This document shows positions 49,384 to 58,481 of a stretch of 64,000 nt of DNA, piece after piece; the first letter of the stretch is position 1, and each line of letters starts with the position of its first letter. The notes beneath the pieces were generated by a model, which searched no databases, was not told the DNA's origin, and was given only the letters and a program-made list of their open reading frames with translations. Origin of the DNA: a virus. The translations under genes and the position numbers were made by a program. The stretch is from positions 8,477 to 72,476 of the IMG/VR virus record IMGVR_UViG_3300029448_000015, one strand, 5' to 3'.

Positions 49384-50025
49384 CTATAAAGAATTATTTA
49401 ACATCCTTTCTCTGCTTAATATCCTGTCAATATAGTTAATAGATTTTAAAGAAATAATTTTATTTTTACTTACTTTAGTTGGCCCTTCAAAGTAAGCTGC
49501 TAAAGCTAATAATTTACTATTAAATCTATCTTCAAGCATTGCTAGATATTTAGCTCCTAAGTCTATGTTTTTACAAGGATTATATAACTCTTCTATGTTA
49601 GTAATCCCTAACTCTTGGGCAGTTATGGGCCATTTAATTTGCATTAACCCAATAGCATTTGCAGAGGATTTTGCTAAAGGATTAAAACTACTCTCTACAC
49701 TTGCAATAGCTGCTAAATATTCTGGATCCATCCCATATCTTTCAGCAGTAATTACAAAACATTTTTTATATGGGTAAGTGTTAACAATAGGGTCAGGTAT
49801 AGAAATTAAACAAGGTTTTCCGTGTATACTTTCCAATTTTTCTATTGTTAAACCTTTCCAATTTGGAATAGCTGTATTACAAACATTATCAGCGTAGATT
49901 TTTTCCATTAAAACTTCATGTTTATAATCAGATTCGCACCCACTTAGTAAAAAAAAAATTAATAAAACTAAAACAGTTAATGGGTAAATAGATAAAGCTA
50001 TTTTAAAAACATTTTTAGTTTTCAT
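49384..50025 (-). CDS. Lytic transglycosylase (SLT domain) with a lipoprotein-like signal
   Basis: AIASVESSFNP.AKS..AIGLMQI, NIDLGAKYL, ALAAY; lipobox LSGC after a hydrophobic stretch. Confidence 0.8.
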   Translation of the reverse strand: MKTKNVFKIALSIYPLTVLVLLIFFLLSGCESDYKHEVLMEKIYADNVCNTAIPNWKGLTIEKLESIHGKPCLISIPDPIVNTYPYKKCFVITAERYGMDPEYLAAIASVESSFNPLAKSSANAIGLMQIKWPITAQELGITNIEELYNPCKNIDLGAKYLAMLEDRFNSKLLALAAYFEGPTKVSKNKIISLKSINYIDRILSRERMLNNSL

Positions 50026-50290
50026 TATTCCCCCTCATAAGTTGTTGTTGTTCTGTTGGCGTTAAACATTCTTCGTGAACTCGCCATGCTTGATCCTCGA
50101 ACGCTTCTACTCCGCATTGGTTCGCGGTGATGTCTTCGTCTAATGGAATCAGCTTGTCACATCTGTCACAGTCTAGTTCCATGCATTTTGCACATGAATA
50201 CCCATTGTCCGAAGGGATGCGATTAACAAATCGACCATTACCAAACGAAGTATCTTCTCCGCAATGCACACAGTTGTTATCCATTTTCAT
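50015..50290 (-). CDS. Cys-rich early protein
   Basis: CVHCGEDTSFGNGRFVNRIP; three CxxC pairs. Confidence 0.6.
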   Translation of the reverse strand: MKMDNNCVHCGEDTSFGNGRFVNRIPSDNGYSCAKCMELDCDRCDKLIPLDEDITANQCGVEAFEDQAWRVHEECLTPTEQQQLMRGNNEN

Positions 50291-50446
50291 CTTAGTTCTT
50301 CCTCATCTGGATTTTCATCTAGAACAAAACAAATTTTTATTTCTGGCATATTATCACCTTCTATAAACCATGTTTTATCTGGACAGGTTCCCATCCATTC
50401 CCATAATTCGGATCTGGTCATATTATTACCTCCATTAAATTAAAGG

Positions 50447-50475
50447 GCGTTACTAGGGAGTTAACCTAGTAACGC
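50447..50475. repeat. Perfect 11-bp hairpin between early genes
   Basis: gcgttactagg-gagttaa-cctagtaacgc. Confidence 0.7.
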
Positions 50476-50483
50476 TTTAGAAT

Positions 50484-50858
50484 TTAAATATTAATCTGTG
50501 TACCATCCGGCATTGAGCCATTATTAAAATCAGTATTCAGACTTACTGTGTTACCATTCCAAGGTAATACTTCATCAGCAGTTGATACAAACCATTGCCA
50601 ATTTTTTTGGAATATACCTACATTAGGAGCAAATTCAGAACATATAGCGTTTAATCTAGATTTAGTAGTATTACTTTGAAAACCCCCATCTACTAGCCAG
50701 ATCTCATTGTTATTACAATCAAATTCAGCTATTAAATTATCATGTAAAAATACTTTAGTACCATCATCATTAGGTAATATTTCAACCCTAGTATTATTTA
50801 AACTAAAGTTTGTTCTAGATTTTATTGCCATATTCATCATCTTTTCTATTAATCTCAT
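50484..50858 (-). CDS. Hypothetical early protein
   Basis: LHDNLIA...DGGFQSNTTKSRLNA; GGAGG SD. Confidence 0.7.
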   Translation of the reverse strand: MRLIEKMMNMAIKSRTNFSLNNTRVEILPNDDGTKVFLHDNLIAEFDCNNNEIWLVDGGFQSNTTKSRLNAICSEFAPNVGIFQKNWQWFVSTADEVLPWNGNTVSLNTDFNNGSMPDGTQINI

Positions 50859-50931
50859 AATCAGCCTCCACAGCTTAAAAGGATTTATGTAAGTCTTTCA
50901 CTACGTAAAAGACTTACTAAATCTTTTATAT

Positions 50932-51141
50932 TTATTTAACTTTAACAATTACATCGTCTTTTAAAGTAACTTGACCAAACCATTCTCTCCCTAGTCCAGT
51001 CATATGAGGTCTATTACATACAGTAAGCTCCCCATTAGATTGATATTCAAGACCAAACATAGAAGTCTCTTCATAGCTAAGTCGCTGACCTATGTGTTCC
51101 TTCATGTTTTTCTTAGATGGATATAGTGCTAGTAATGTCAT
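50932..51141 (-). CDS. Hypothetical early protein
   Basis: YPSKK...ETSMFGLEY; repeat-type SD. Confidence 0.7.
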   Translation of the reverse strand: MTLLALYPSKKNMKEHIGQRLSYEETSMFGLEYQSNGELTVCNRPHMTGLGREWFGQVTLKDDVIVKVK

Positions 51142-51162
51142 ACTTTGCCTCCTACGGCTTAT

Positions 51163-51333
51163 TTAAATTAATTGATCTATATCTTGCATGATATCTTCCG
51201 CTTCACTTTGAAGCTTTCTAATTTTATTTATTAAAATATCACTATCCCTAATATTATTAAGTAAGTCTTGATACAGTTCTTCACAGTATGCTTGTAAATT
51301 TTCAAGGTTTTCTTGATCTTGATGATTACTCAT
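51163..51333 (-). CDS. Hypothetical early protein
   Basis: Start moved to MSNHQD after AGGAG. Confidence 0.6.
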   Translation of the reverse strand: MSNHQDQENLENLQAYCEELYQDLLNNIRDSDILINKIRKLQSEAEDIMQDIDQLI

Positions 51334-51349
51334 AATTGCTCCTAATGAA

Positions 51350-51487
51350 TTAGTGATTAATAACCTTACGATCTGCATGGATATTAACAGGACAGTCATT
51401 AGGTTTATTTCTAATTTCATCAATAGAAAATAAATCTATAACAGCATTGTCTGCAAATATTTCTTCTTGGATTTCTTCTATACTCAT
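51350..51487 (-). CDS. 45-aa early protein (not in ORF track)
   Basis: MSIEEIQEEIFADNAVIDLFS...; preceded by hairpin repeat and repeat-type SD. Confidence 0.6.
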   Translation of the reverse strand: MSIEEIQEEIFADNAVIDLFSIDEIRNKPNDCPVNIHADRKVINH

Positions 51488-51568
51488 AATTTGCCTCCTA
51501 CGGCTTAAATGATTTATGTAAGTCTTTCACTACGTAAAAGACTTACTAAATCTTTTATATATATATAT

Positions 51569-51841
51569 TTAAATAATACTAATATGACCAGTAAGTTTTA
51601 CGTATTGTTTATTGAAATTAATACATTCTTTTTTTGGCAATTTTTCCTTTATTAAAAATAAACGATTGAATAACTTTTCTTCTTTTCTGTCTTGACGTTC
51701 CTTTTTTCTGTAACCAGAGGCACTATATTCATCTTCGGTATCCCAAACTCTTAGGTGTTCATCTAAGAGATTCTCGTACTGACAATGTAATTTATACAGG
51801 CGATTAATTTTGTTTGTATACTTTGGATTTAATGCTTCCAT
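51569..51841 (-). CDS. Hypothetical early protein
   Basis: Repeat-type SD; promoter upstream. Confidence 0.65.
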   Translation of the reverse strand: MEALNPKYTNKINRLYKLHCQYENLLDEHLRVWDTEDEYSASGYRKKERQDRKEEKLFNRLFLIKEKLPKKECINFNKQYVKLTGHISII

Positions 51842-51871
51842 AATTGCCTCCTACGGCATTTGCGTTGAATT

Positions 51872-51902
51872 ATTATAAACACAGTTAAATGTAATATGTC
51901 AA
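51872..51902 (-). promoter_or_regulatory. Sigma70-like promoter
   Basis: TTGACA-N19-TATAAT. Confidence 0.55.
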
Positions 51903-51910
51903 CTACCTAA

Positions 51911-52114
51911 TTAATGAAATATGCCAGAATTAAATCCAACAAATAAAACTGATACTGTAAAAATTATTGGCAATATAATTGATACTAAAAACTGTTCTCT
52001 GTATCTTTCAGCTTTACATCGAACAGCAAAACGAGGTGAAGTTTTTATTACAAAATAAACTGTAGCCATTGTTATTGAAAATGTAACCAGTGAACATAAT
52101 ATTAATTCGATCAT
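51911..52114 (-). CDS. Small two-TM membrane protein
   Basis: Two hydrophobic segments; preceded by hairpin repeat. Confidence 0.55.
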   Translation of the reverse strand: MIELILCSLVTFSITMATVYFVIKTSPRFAVRCKAERYREQFLVSIILPIIFTVSVLFVGFNSGIFH

Positions 52115-52235
52115 ATCGGTAAAACTCCTGCAGTTTTAAAAGGATTTAATAAGTCTTTCACTACGTAAAAGACTTATAAAATCTTTTATTAATTAAAATT
52201 TGGGAGGCTATCAAAGGATAACCTCCCGTTTAAAG

Positions 52236-52652
52236 CTACTTTGTTAGTAGCTTCTGAAGAAGATCTTTAATATCGTTTTGTGTTTCTTCGATATTATTCA
52301 TTCGTTCTTCTAGACCTTTGAGTCGGCCTGTGGGTGAAGTTTTCACTTCTTGAACTTCTTGAACTTCTTGAACCTTCGCTTTCGCTTTGGAAGCTTTCGG
52401 AGTTGATTTTAATTTCACGGGGATTAATTCTTTATTTGAAATCGCAAGGAACTCTTTAATATCACCCTGAGTAACAAATTGGTTATTGTTACTTGCATTT
52501 GCAATCAAACCTGCCCGAAATGAGCGTGAAGTCCAATATCTCTTAGGATCATTTTGTTTGATTCCGATCAAATCACAAAAGTGATGAGCTACCAACCATA
52601 CAGCTTTTTGGTTTGCAGGATATGACGAGTAATCGATTGTTGAATTTTCCAT
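52236..52652 (-). CDS. First early gene of set B, hypothetical protein
   Basis: Repeat-type SD; VQE x3 repeat; C-terminal coiled coil. Confidence 0.65.
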   Translation of the reverse strand: MENSTIDYSSYPANQKAVWLVAHHFCDLIGIKQNDPKRYWTSRSFRAGLIANASNNNQFVTQGDIKEFLAISNKELIPVKLKSTPKASKAKAKVQEVQEVQEVKTSPTGRLKGLEERMNNIEETQNDIKDLLQKLLTK

Positions 52653-52687
52653 AATTTGCCTCCTTCGGCAGTTTTAAAAGTTACTAA

Positions 52688-52735
52688 GTCTTTTTACGCT
52701 CTTCTTACATAAAGAGTAAGAAGAGCTAAAAAGAC
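52688..52735. repeat. 20-bp bulged hairpin upstream of the first early gene
   Basis: gtcttttta-c-gctcttcttac [ataaaga] gtaagaagagc-taaaaagac. Confidence 0.75.
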
Positions 52736-52784
52736 GTAAGGCTCCAGAGCATCGTCATCGTCATGGGGGAATCAAAGGGGGAAA

Positions 52785-53260
52785 GGTTTTAAAGATCAGT
52801 TAATCTTGGTAAATCTTTAGAACCTAAAAGAATTGATCAAAAGAAAAAAGAAAATCTTTTAAGTTTTTGAAACTTAAAAGATTTTAGAAGTTTTAAAGTA
52901 ATTTAAGTTTACATTTAAATTCTTTAAAACTTTATCAAGTTCTTAAAAACTTTTACTTTAAAAGTTTTTAAAACTTTAAAAGATTATAAATCTTTTAAAT
53001 CTTGAACTCTGTCTCAGAAATTTTAAAAGACTTGAAAGACTTTTAAGTATTAAAAGTCTTTCAAAGGCTTCCAAAGTTTAAAGGGGTAGGCAGGTGACCA
53101 TGCCCCCACCCTACTATATATACTAATACTCATACATTTTTAGAAACTTTGAAATGTCAACAAGACTACAAAGACTACAAGGGGAGGAGGAAGGTTTTAT
53201 AAGTTTATAGATTTATAAGATTTTTGTCGGGGCTTTTAAAGTCTTTAAAGTCTTAATTAA
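52785..53260. repeat. AT-rich short-repeat tract; probable terminus/packaging region of set B
   Basis: Many aaag(a/t)(c/t)ttt and tttaaa words, no ORF, between divergent early and late arms. Confidence 0.5.
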
Positions 53261-53296
53261 CTTACTACTAAATTAACTTACACAAGCTGTTTGCGT

Positions 53297-53325
53297 ATTG
53301 TAGAGTCATAATTGAGAATTGTCAA
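53297..53325 (-). promoter_or_regulatory. Leftward sigma70-type promoter
   Basis: TTGACA-N17-TACAAT. Confidence 0.6.
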
Positions 53326-53331
53326 TACAAG

Positions 53332-53360
53332 TTGACAGATCTCAATTATATCTCTATAAT
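53332..53360 (+). promoter_or_regulatory. Consensus sigma70 promoter for TerS of set B
   Basis: TTGACA-N17-TATAAT; ATG at 53370. Confidence 0.8.
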
Positions 53361-53369
53361 TTATCCATA

Positions 53370-53759
53370 ATGTCTAAAAAAGAATTAACAACTAAACAAC
53401 AATGTTTCTTAGACCATCTTGTTAAAACAGGAGGTGATCCAAAGTCTGCTGCGGAGTTGGCTGGATATAGTAATCATTATCAAGTTGTACATTCCTTAAA
53501 AAGGGAAATATTAGACTTAGCTGAAGGTATTTTAGCTCAGTCGGCTCCCCAAGCGGCTTTTAGACTTGTTCATGTAATGAACTCTGATACACCTATACCT
53601 CAAGCTAATATGCGTTTACAAGCAGCACAAACTATATTAGATAGAGTAGGTTTAGCTAAAACAGATCGAGTAGATGTTACTCATAAAACTGAAAATGGTT
53701 TATTTATTTTACCTGCTAAGAAGGACACAGTTATTGATGGAGAATACAAGGAAGCTTAA
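53370..53759 (+). CDS. terS: Putative terminase small subunit, set B
   Basis: LTTKQQCFL...AAELAGYS HTH-like start, AAQTILDRVGL; start moved to MSKKEL. Confidence 0.65.
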   Translation: MSKKELTTKQQCFLDHLVKTGGDPKSAAELAGYSNHYQVVHSLKREILDLAEGILAQSAPQAAFRLVHVMNSDTPIPQANMRLQAAQTILDRVGLAKTDRVDVTHKTENGLFILPAKKDTVIDGEYKEA

Positions 53760-53964
53760 AGGTCGAATACCTTTTGGATATGAAAAAGATCCAGAAGATA
53801 TAAAACTTTTACAGCCCATACCAGAACAACTAGAAGTTTTAGAAGAAATAAAAAGTATGGTTAAAAATAAAGTTTTATCCCTACGTGAGGGTTCTTCTTG
53901 GATAGAGCATAAAACAGGTAGAAGTCTAAGTTATCAAGGCTTAAAAAATCTTATTGATGGATAA
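53737..53964 (+). CDS. Small protein resembling the DNA-binding recombinase domain of large serine recombinases
   Basis: GRIPFGY...PIPEQLEVL...SLRE; no catalytic domain. Confidence 0.55.
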   Translation: MENTRKLKGRIPFGYEKDPEDIKLLQPIPEQLEVLEEIKSMVKNKVLSLREGSSWIEHKTGRSLSYQGLKNLIDG

Positions 53965-55627
53965 TTGGGAAAGTAATCCTGAAAGATATTTAAAGGATGA
54001 AGAAGGTAATTTCCTTTTAAAGAAGGATGGAACCCCTAAGAAGAAAGCAGGGAGGCTAAAAGGTTCTAAAGGTCGGGGATATAATTACCATAGTAAAACT
54101 AAAGCTGAGTTAAGTGCTAAACGATCCATCCGTTATAAAGAAAAAAAGATATCTCAAGCAGAATCTAAACTTAAAGCATATAAAAAGTCTTTAAAGAATA
54201 CTAAAGAGACTATAAATAAATTAAATAATAATGATGCTCCAAAAATTACAACGCCTGAAGAGTTGTCAAATACTCCTGAAAGTGTTCAAGAAGATGCGAA
54301 TGTTATTTTTTCTCCTAATAAAGGGCCACAAGAAGATTTCTTAGCTGCAGGAGAGACAGATGTTTTATATGGTGGAGCAGCAGGAGGGGGTAAGTCTTAT
54401 GCTATGTTGGTCGATCCACTCAGGTATGCACATAGGTCAGCACATAGGGCATTAATTCTTAGACGTTCTATGCCAGAACTTCGTGAGTTAATAGATAAAT
54501 CGAGGGAGTTATATCCCAAAGCTTTTCCGGGTTGTAAATATAGAGAAGTAGAGAAGCTTTGGAATTTTCCTTCAGGGTCTAAAATAGAGTTTGGGTTTCT
54601 TGAGCGAGATGCAGATGTTTATCGTTACCAAGGACAAGCATACAGTTGGATAGGTTTTGATGAAATTACTCACCTACCTACTGAATTTTCTTGGAACTAT
54701 CTAGCATCTAGGCTACGTACAACCGATAGTGAAATTGTACCTTATATGCGGTGTACGGCAAACCCCGGTGGGGTGGGGGCGCATTGGGTCAAAAAAAGGT
54801 ACATTGACTCAGCCCCACCTAACCAAAGCTTTGAAGGTGAAGATGGACTTACAAGAAAGTTCATTCCTGCACGTTTAGAAGATAATCCTTACCTAGCTTA
54901 TGATGGCAGGTATGAGCAAATGTTGAAAGCTCTACCACCTACACAACGTAGACAGCTATTAGAAGGTAATTGGGATGTTAATGAAGGGGCTGCATTTACT
55001 GAATTTAATTTAGATCACCATGTTATTCCTCCTTTTGAAATACCTATAAATTGGGAAAGACTTAAAGGGATTGACTATGGCTATGCAAGTGAATCTGCTT
55101 GTGTATGGGTTGCAATAGATCCTAGCGATAGTACATTAATAGTATATCGTGAATTATATCGTAAAAATTTGACAGGTTTAGATTTGGCTCGTATACTATC
55201 AGAGATGGAGATTCCTGATCCTTTTTCTGTATCAGGAGTCTTAGACACAGCAGCTTGGAACAGAACAGGAACTACTGGCCCTACAGTAGGTGAAACCTTA
55301 GTACGTTACGGGCATAAACTGCGTAGATCAGATAAAAATAGAATACAGGGAAAGATTCAGATACACGAATACTTAAAATTACAACCTAGTGGCAGACCAA
55401 GATTACAAATATTTAATAGTTGCCCTAGTTTAATAAAAGAATTACAAAGTATTCCATTAGATAAATCTAACCCTGAAGATGTAGATACTAAAGCTCCAGA
55501 TCATGCTTATGATGCTTTAAGGTATCTTATTATGTCTAGACCGAGGGTAAATGATCCTTTGAATCAATTAAGACATTTAAGGTTAGAACAAGCTTACACA
55601 CCATCAGATAATGTATTTGGATATTAA
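53954..55627 (+). CDS. terL: Terminase large subunit with a basic N-terminal extension, set B
   Basis: YGGAAGGGKS, GFDEIT, TANPGG, IDYGY, DHAYDALRY. Confidence 0.95.
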   Translation: MMDNWESNPERYLKDEEGNFLLKKDGTPKKKAGRLKGSKGRGYNYHSKTKAELSAKRSIRYKEKKISQAESKLKAYKKSLKNTKETINKLNNNDAPKITTPEELSNTPESVQEDANVIFSPNKGPQEDFLAAGETDVLYGGAAGGGKSYAMLVDPLRYAHRSAHRALILRRSMPELRELIDKSRELYPKAFPGCKYREVEKLWNFPSGSKIEFGFLERDADVYRYQGQAYSWIGFDEITHLPTEFSWNYLASRLRTTDSEIVPYMRCTANPGGVGAHWVKKRYIDSAPPNQSFEGEDGLTRKFIPARLEDNPYLAYDGRYEQMLKALPPTQRRQLLEGNWDVNEGAAFTEFNLDHHVIPPFEIPINWERLKGIDYGYASESACVWVAIDPSDSTLIVYRELYRKNLTGLDLARILSEMEIPDPFSVSGVLDTAAWNRTGTTGPTVGETLVRYGHKLRRSDKNRIQGKIQIHEYLKLQPSGRPRLQIFNSCPSLIKELQSIPLDKSNPEDVDTKAPDHAYDALRYLIMSRPRVNDPLNQLRHLRLEQAYTPSDNVFGY

Positions 55628-55705
55628 TATATAATAATAATAACTTCGGCTAATAGTTTATCTATTAGTAAAATAATTAAATAACTTAAACGAGGCAATA
55701 TTAGA

Positions 55706-56296
55706 ATGGCAAATCCAGTTTATAACGTAAGAGATACTGGAAGGAACTCAGCAAGGACATCAGATGTTCGTGAGATTGCTGATAATATAATTACTTCCAT
55801 GACTTCAGTAACTACAGGTACTATTGCAGTAACTGATGATACAAATACAGATGTTTCATTTACTCAACCTGCAGATACTATTATAAGAAATCTTATTGCT
55901 ATCCCTGCAGGTAACATTGTTACTGGTGGTAGTTCTGGCAATGACGTAGATTTTAGTTTAGGTACTGCTGCAGGTGGTGGTCAAATTATTGCTACAGAAG
56001 CTATCCTTGATGATGGTGGATCAGCAGTAACTTGGACAGCTAATGCACCTTTGTATATTATTCAAGATTCGCATGGGCATGGAGCTAATGCTTTTGTAGG
56101 TACTGGCGTGACTGCCGGTGTCGTAGGTGGCCCTGCTACAAGTGAAGCAATAGTAATTGCATCTACTTTGTATACTGCGGCTGCACGTACACTACACGCT
56201 AGACTTACTCCAATCGGAGCAGACTTAGCAACTGCTGCAACAACTGTTACTTATATTGTAGAGTTTTTGCACCTTGGAGCTACACCTGATCAATAG
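55706..56296 (+). CDS. Putative minor virion protein
   Basis: T/A/G-rich 196 aa between TerL and portal. Confidence 0.5.
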   Translation: MANPVYNVRDTGRNSARTSDVREIADNIITSMTSVTTGTIAVTDDTNTDVSFTQPADTIIRNLIAIPAGNIVTGGSSGNDVDFSLGTAAGGGQIIATEAILDDGGSAVTWTANAPLYIIQDSHGHGANAFVGTGVTAGVVGGPATSEAIVIASTLYTAAARTLHARLTPIGADLATAATTVTYIVEFLHLGATPDQ

Positions 56297-56306
56297 AGAT
56301 TAGTTC

Positions 56307-58481
56307 ATGGCTGAAGAAAACAGTTTAACGGCAAATGAACTCTATTTTGAGCAATCAGAGGATGAGCAAGGACTAGAGCTTACTCTAGAAGAATCTTTGC
56401 AAAATAATCTGGTTGCTCTGTTAGTAGATAGATATCAAGCTGCTGAGAGTGCTAGAGATTTAGATGAAAGTAGGTGGATAACCTCTTATCAGAATTATCG
56501 TGGTCTTTATAATAAAGACGTTAAGTTTAGAGAATCTGAAAAGTCTAGAGTCTTTGTTAAAGTAACTAAAACAAAAGTTCTAGCTGCTTTCGGTCAGCTT
56601 GTAGATGTAATCTTTGGATCAAATAAATTTCCTATAGGTATTTCAGAAACTAAAATGCCTGAAGGTGTATCTAAACACGCTCATTTAGATACTCAAAATC
56701 CTTTACCGGGAATTGAAACTACTCAAGCTCAAGAAGCAGAAACTGAAAATCCTTTTGATGTAGGTTATGAAGGAGATGGAAGGGTACTTAAACCCGGAGC
56801 TACCTTTGGTTCTGGAAAGTTTGATGTAACTCCTATAGATAAAAAGTTACAGGAAAATGTTGTAGAAGGTGCAGGAATTACTCTTGAAGAGTTTAGTATA
56901 TCTCCTGCTAAAGAATCTTCTAGAAGGATGGAAAAACTTATCCATGATCAAATAGAAGAATCTAATGGCTCTAGTGAAATTAGAAATGCTTTATTTGAAT
57001 CTGCTTTATTTGGTACAGGTATTGTTAAAGGCCCATTTAACTTTAATAAAACATTAAATAAATGGAATGAGGAAAACGGAGAAAGGGTTTATAACCCAAT
57101 AGACGTTAGAGTTCCTCGTATAGAGTTTGTATCTATCTGGGATTTCTTCCCTGATCCTAATGCGACTAACATAGATGAATGTGAATATATATTTCATCGT
57201 CATAAGATGAATAAGACTAAAGTACGTGCATTAGCTAAAATGCCTTATTTTAATAAGAATGCTATAAGAGAAGCATTAGAATTAGGGCCAAACTACGAAG
57301 AAAAAGAATATGAAACTGCTTTAAAAGATGATCAACGTAGTGAAGCTTATGGTAGTGGAATGTTTGAAGTTGTTGAGTATTGGGGTGTCATGGATGCTGA
57401 ATATGCTCGACAAGTTGGTATGGAAATATCAGAAGATGTTGATGATCTAGATGAAGTACAGATTAATGCTTGGATGTGTAATGGAAAACTTTTAAGAGCA
57501 GTTATTAATCCCTTTACCCCTTTTAGATTGCCTTACCACGCATTTCCATACGAAAGAAATCCCTATAGCTTTTTTGGTATTGGTGTAGCTGAGAACATGG
57601 ATGACTCTCAAAAGATTATGAATGGTCATGCAAGAATGGCGATTGATAATCTTGCACTTTCAGGGTCACTTGTTTTTGATGTTGATGAGACTGCTCTTGT
57701 AGGTGGTCAGAATATGGAAATATATCCGGGTAAGATATTTAGGCGACAAGCAGGTGTACCCGGAACAGCTATCAATGGTTTGAAGTTTCCTAATACATCA
57801 AATGAAAACATGATGATGTTTGATCGCTTTAGACAGCTTGCAGATGAACAAACAGGTATTCCTAGTTACTCACATGGCATGACAGGTGTACAGAGTATGA
57901 CTCGTACTGCTTCAGGGATGTCAATGTTGCTAGGTGCTGCCTCTTTAAATATTAAAACAGTTATTAAAAATCTAGATGACTTTCTTTTAAAGCCTTTAGG
58001 AGAATCTTATTTTCAATGGAATATGCAATTCTTAGATAGTGATATAGGTGTTGAAGGTGATTTAGAAGTTAAAGCAACAGGTACAAATAGTTTGATGCAA
58101 AAAGAAGTTAGAAGTCAAAGGCTAACTACTTTCTTACAAACTATACAAAATCCTGCTGTAGCTCCTTTTATTAAAATACAAAAATTAATTACAGAGTTAG
58201 CAATTAGTTTAGAGCTAGATCCTGATGAATTAATGAATGATCCAGAAGAAGCTGCTTTAATGGCTAAAATTATAGGAATGCAGAATGTTGGACAAGCAAC
58301 TGGCGAAGAAACTAGCCCCCTTGGTGAACAACAAGGAGCTATGGGAAGCCCTACAGGAGCACCTAACCAACCTCAAAACCTTGGAGTTACAGGTACTGGT
58401 GGGGGCAACATCGGAACAGGAAATGTTCCGCAGCCAAGGGAAGATGAATTTGCTGGTACGCCTAGAGCAGTTGAAGGCTAA
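56307..58481 (+). CDS. Portal protein, set B
   Basis: 724 aa; SALFGTGIVKGP, FFGIGV, G-rich tail. Confidence 0.85.
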   Translation: MAEENSLTANELYFEQSEDEQGLELTLEESLQNNLVALLVDRYQAAESARDLDESRWITSYQNYRGLYNKDVKFRESEKSRVFVKVTKTKVLAAFGQLVDVIFGSNKFPIGISETKMPEGVSKHAHLDTQNPLPGIETTQAQEAETENPFDVGYEGDGRVLKPGATFGSGKFDVTPIDKKLQENVVEGAGITLEEFSISPAKESSRRMEKLIHDQIEESNGSSEIRNALFESALFGTGIVKGPFNFNKTLNKWNEENGERVYNPIDVRVPRIEFVSIWDFFPDPNATNIDECEYIFHRHKMNKTKVRALAKMPYFNKNAIREALELGPNYEEKEYETALKDDQRSEAYGSGMFEVVEYWGVMDAEYARQVGMEISEDVDDLDEVQINAWMCNGKLLRAVINPFTPFRLPYHAFPYERNPYSFFGIGVAENMDDSQKIMNGHARMAIDNLALSGSLVFDVDETALVGGQNMEIYPGKIFRRQAGVPGTAINGLKFPNTSNENMMMFDRFRQLADEQTGIPSYSHGMTGVQSMTRTASGMSMLLGAASLNIKTVIKNLDDFLLKPLGESYFQWNMQFLDSDIGVEGDLEVKATGTNSLMQKEVRSQRLTTFLQTIQNPAVAPFIKIQKLITELAISLELDPDELMNDPEEAALMAKIIGMQNVGQATGEETSPLGEQQGAMGSPTGAPNQPQNLGVTGTGGGNIGTGNVPQPREDEFAGTPRAVEG

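Larger units (their letters stand above)
50882..52189 (-). repeat. Three copies of a ~50-bp hairpin repeat ahead of early genes
   Basis: 50882-50931 and 51511-51560 identical; 52143-52189 is a variant. Confidence 0.9.

Noticed and set aside
50882-52189. Repeats as a CRISPR array
   Set aside because: Intervals are about 580 bp and contain genes; no cas operon; the Cas4-like nucleases sit in ordinary replication modules.
53737-53964. Integrase
   Set aside because: Only 75 aa, with no catalytic serine-recombinase domain.
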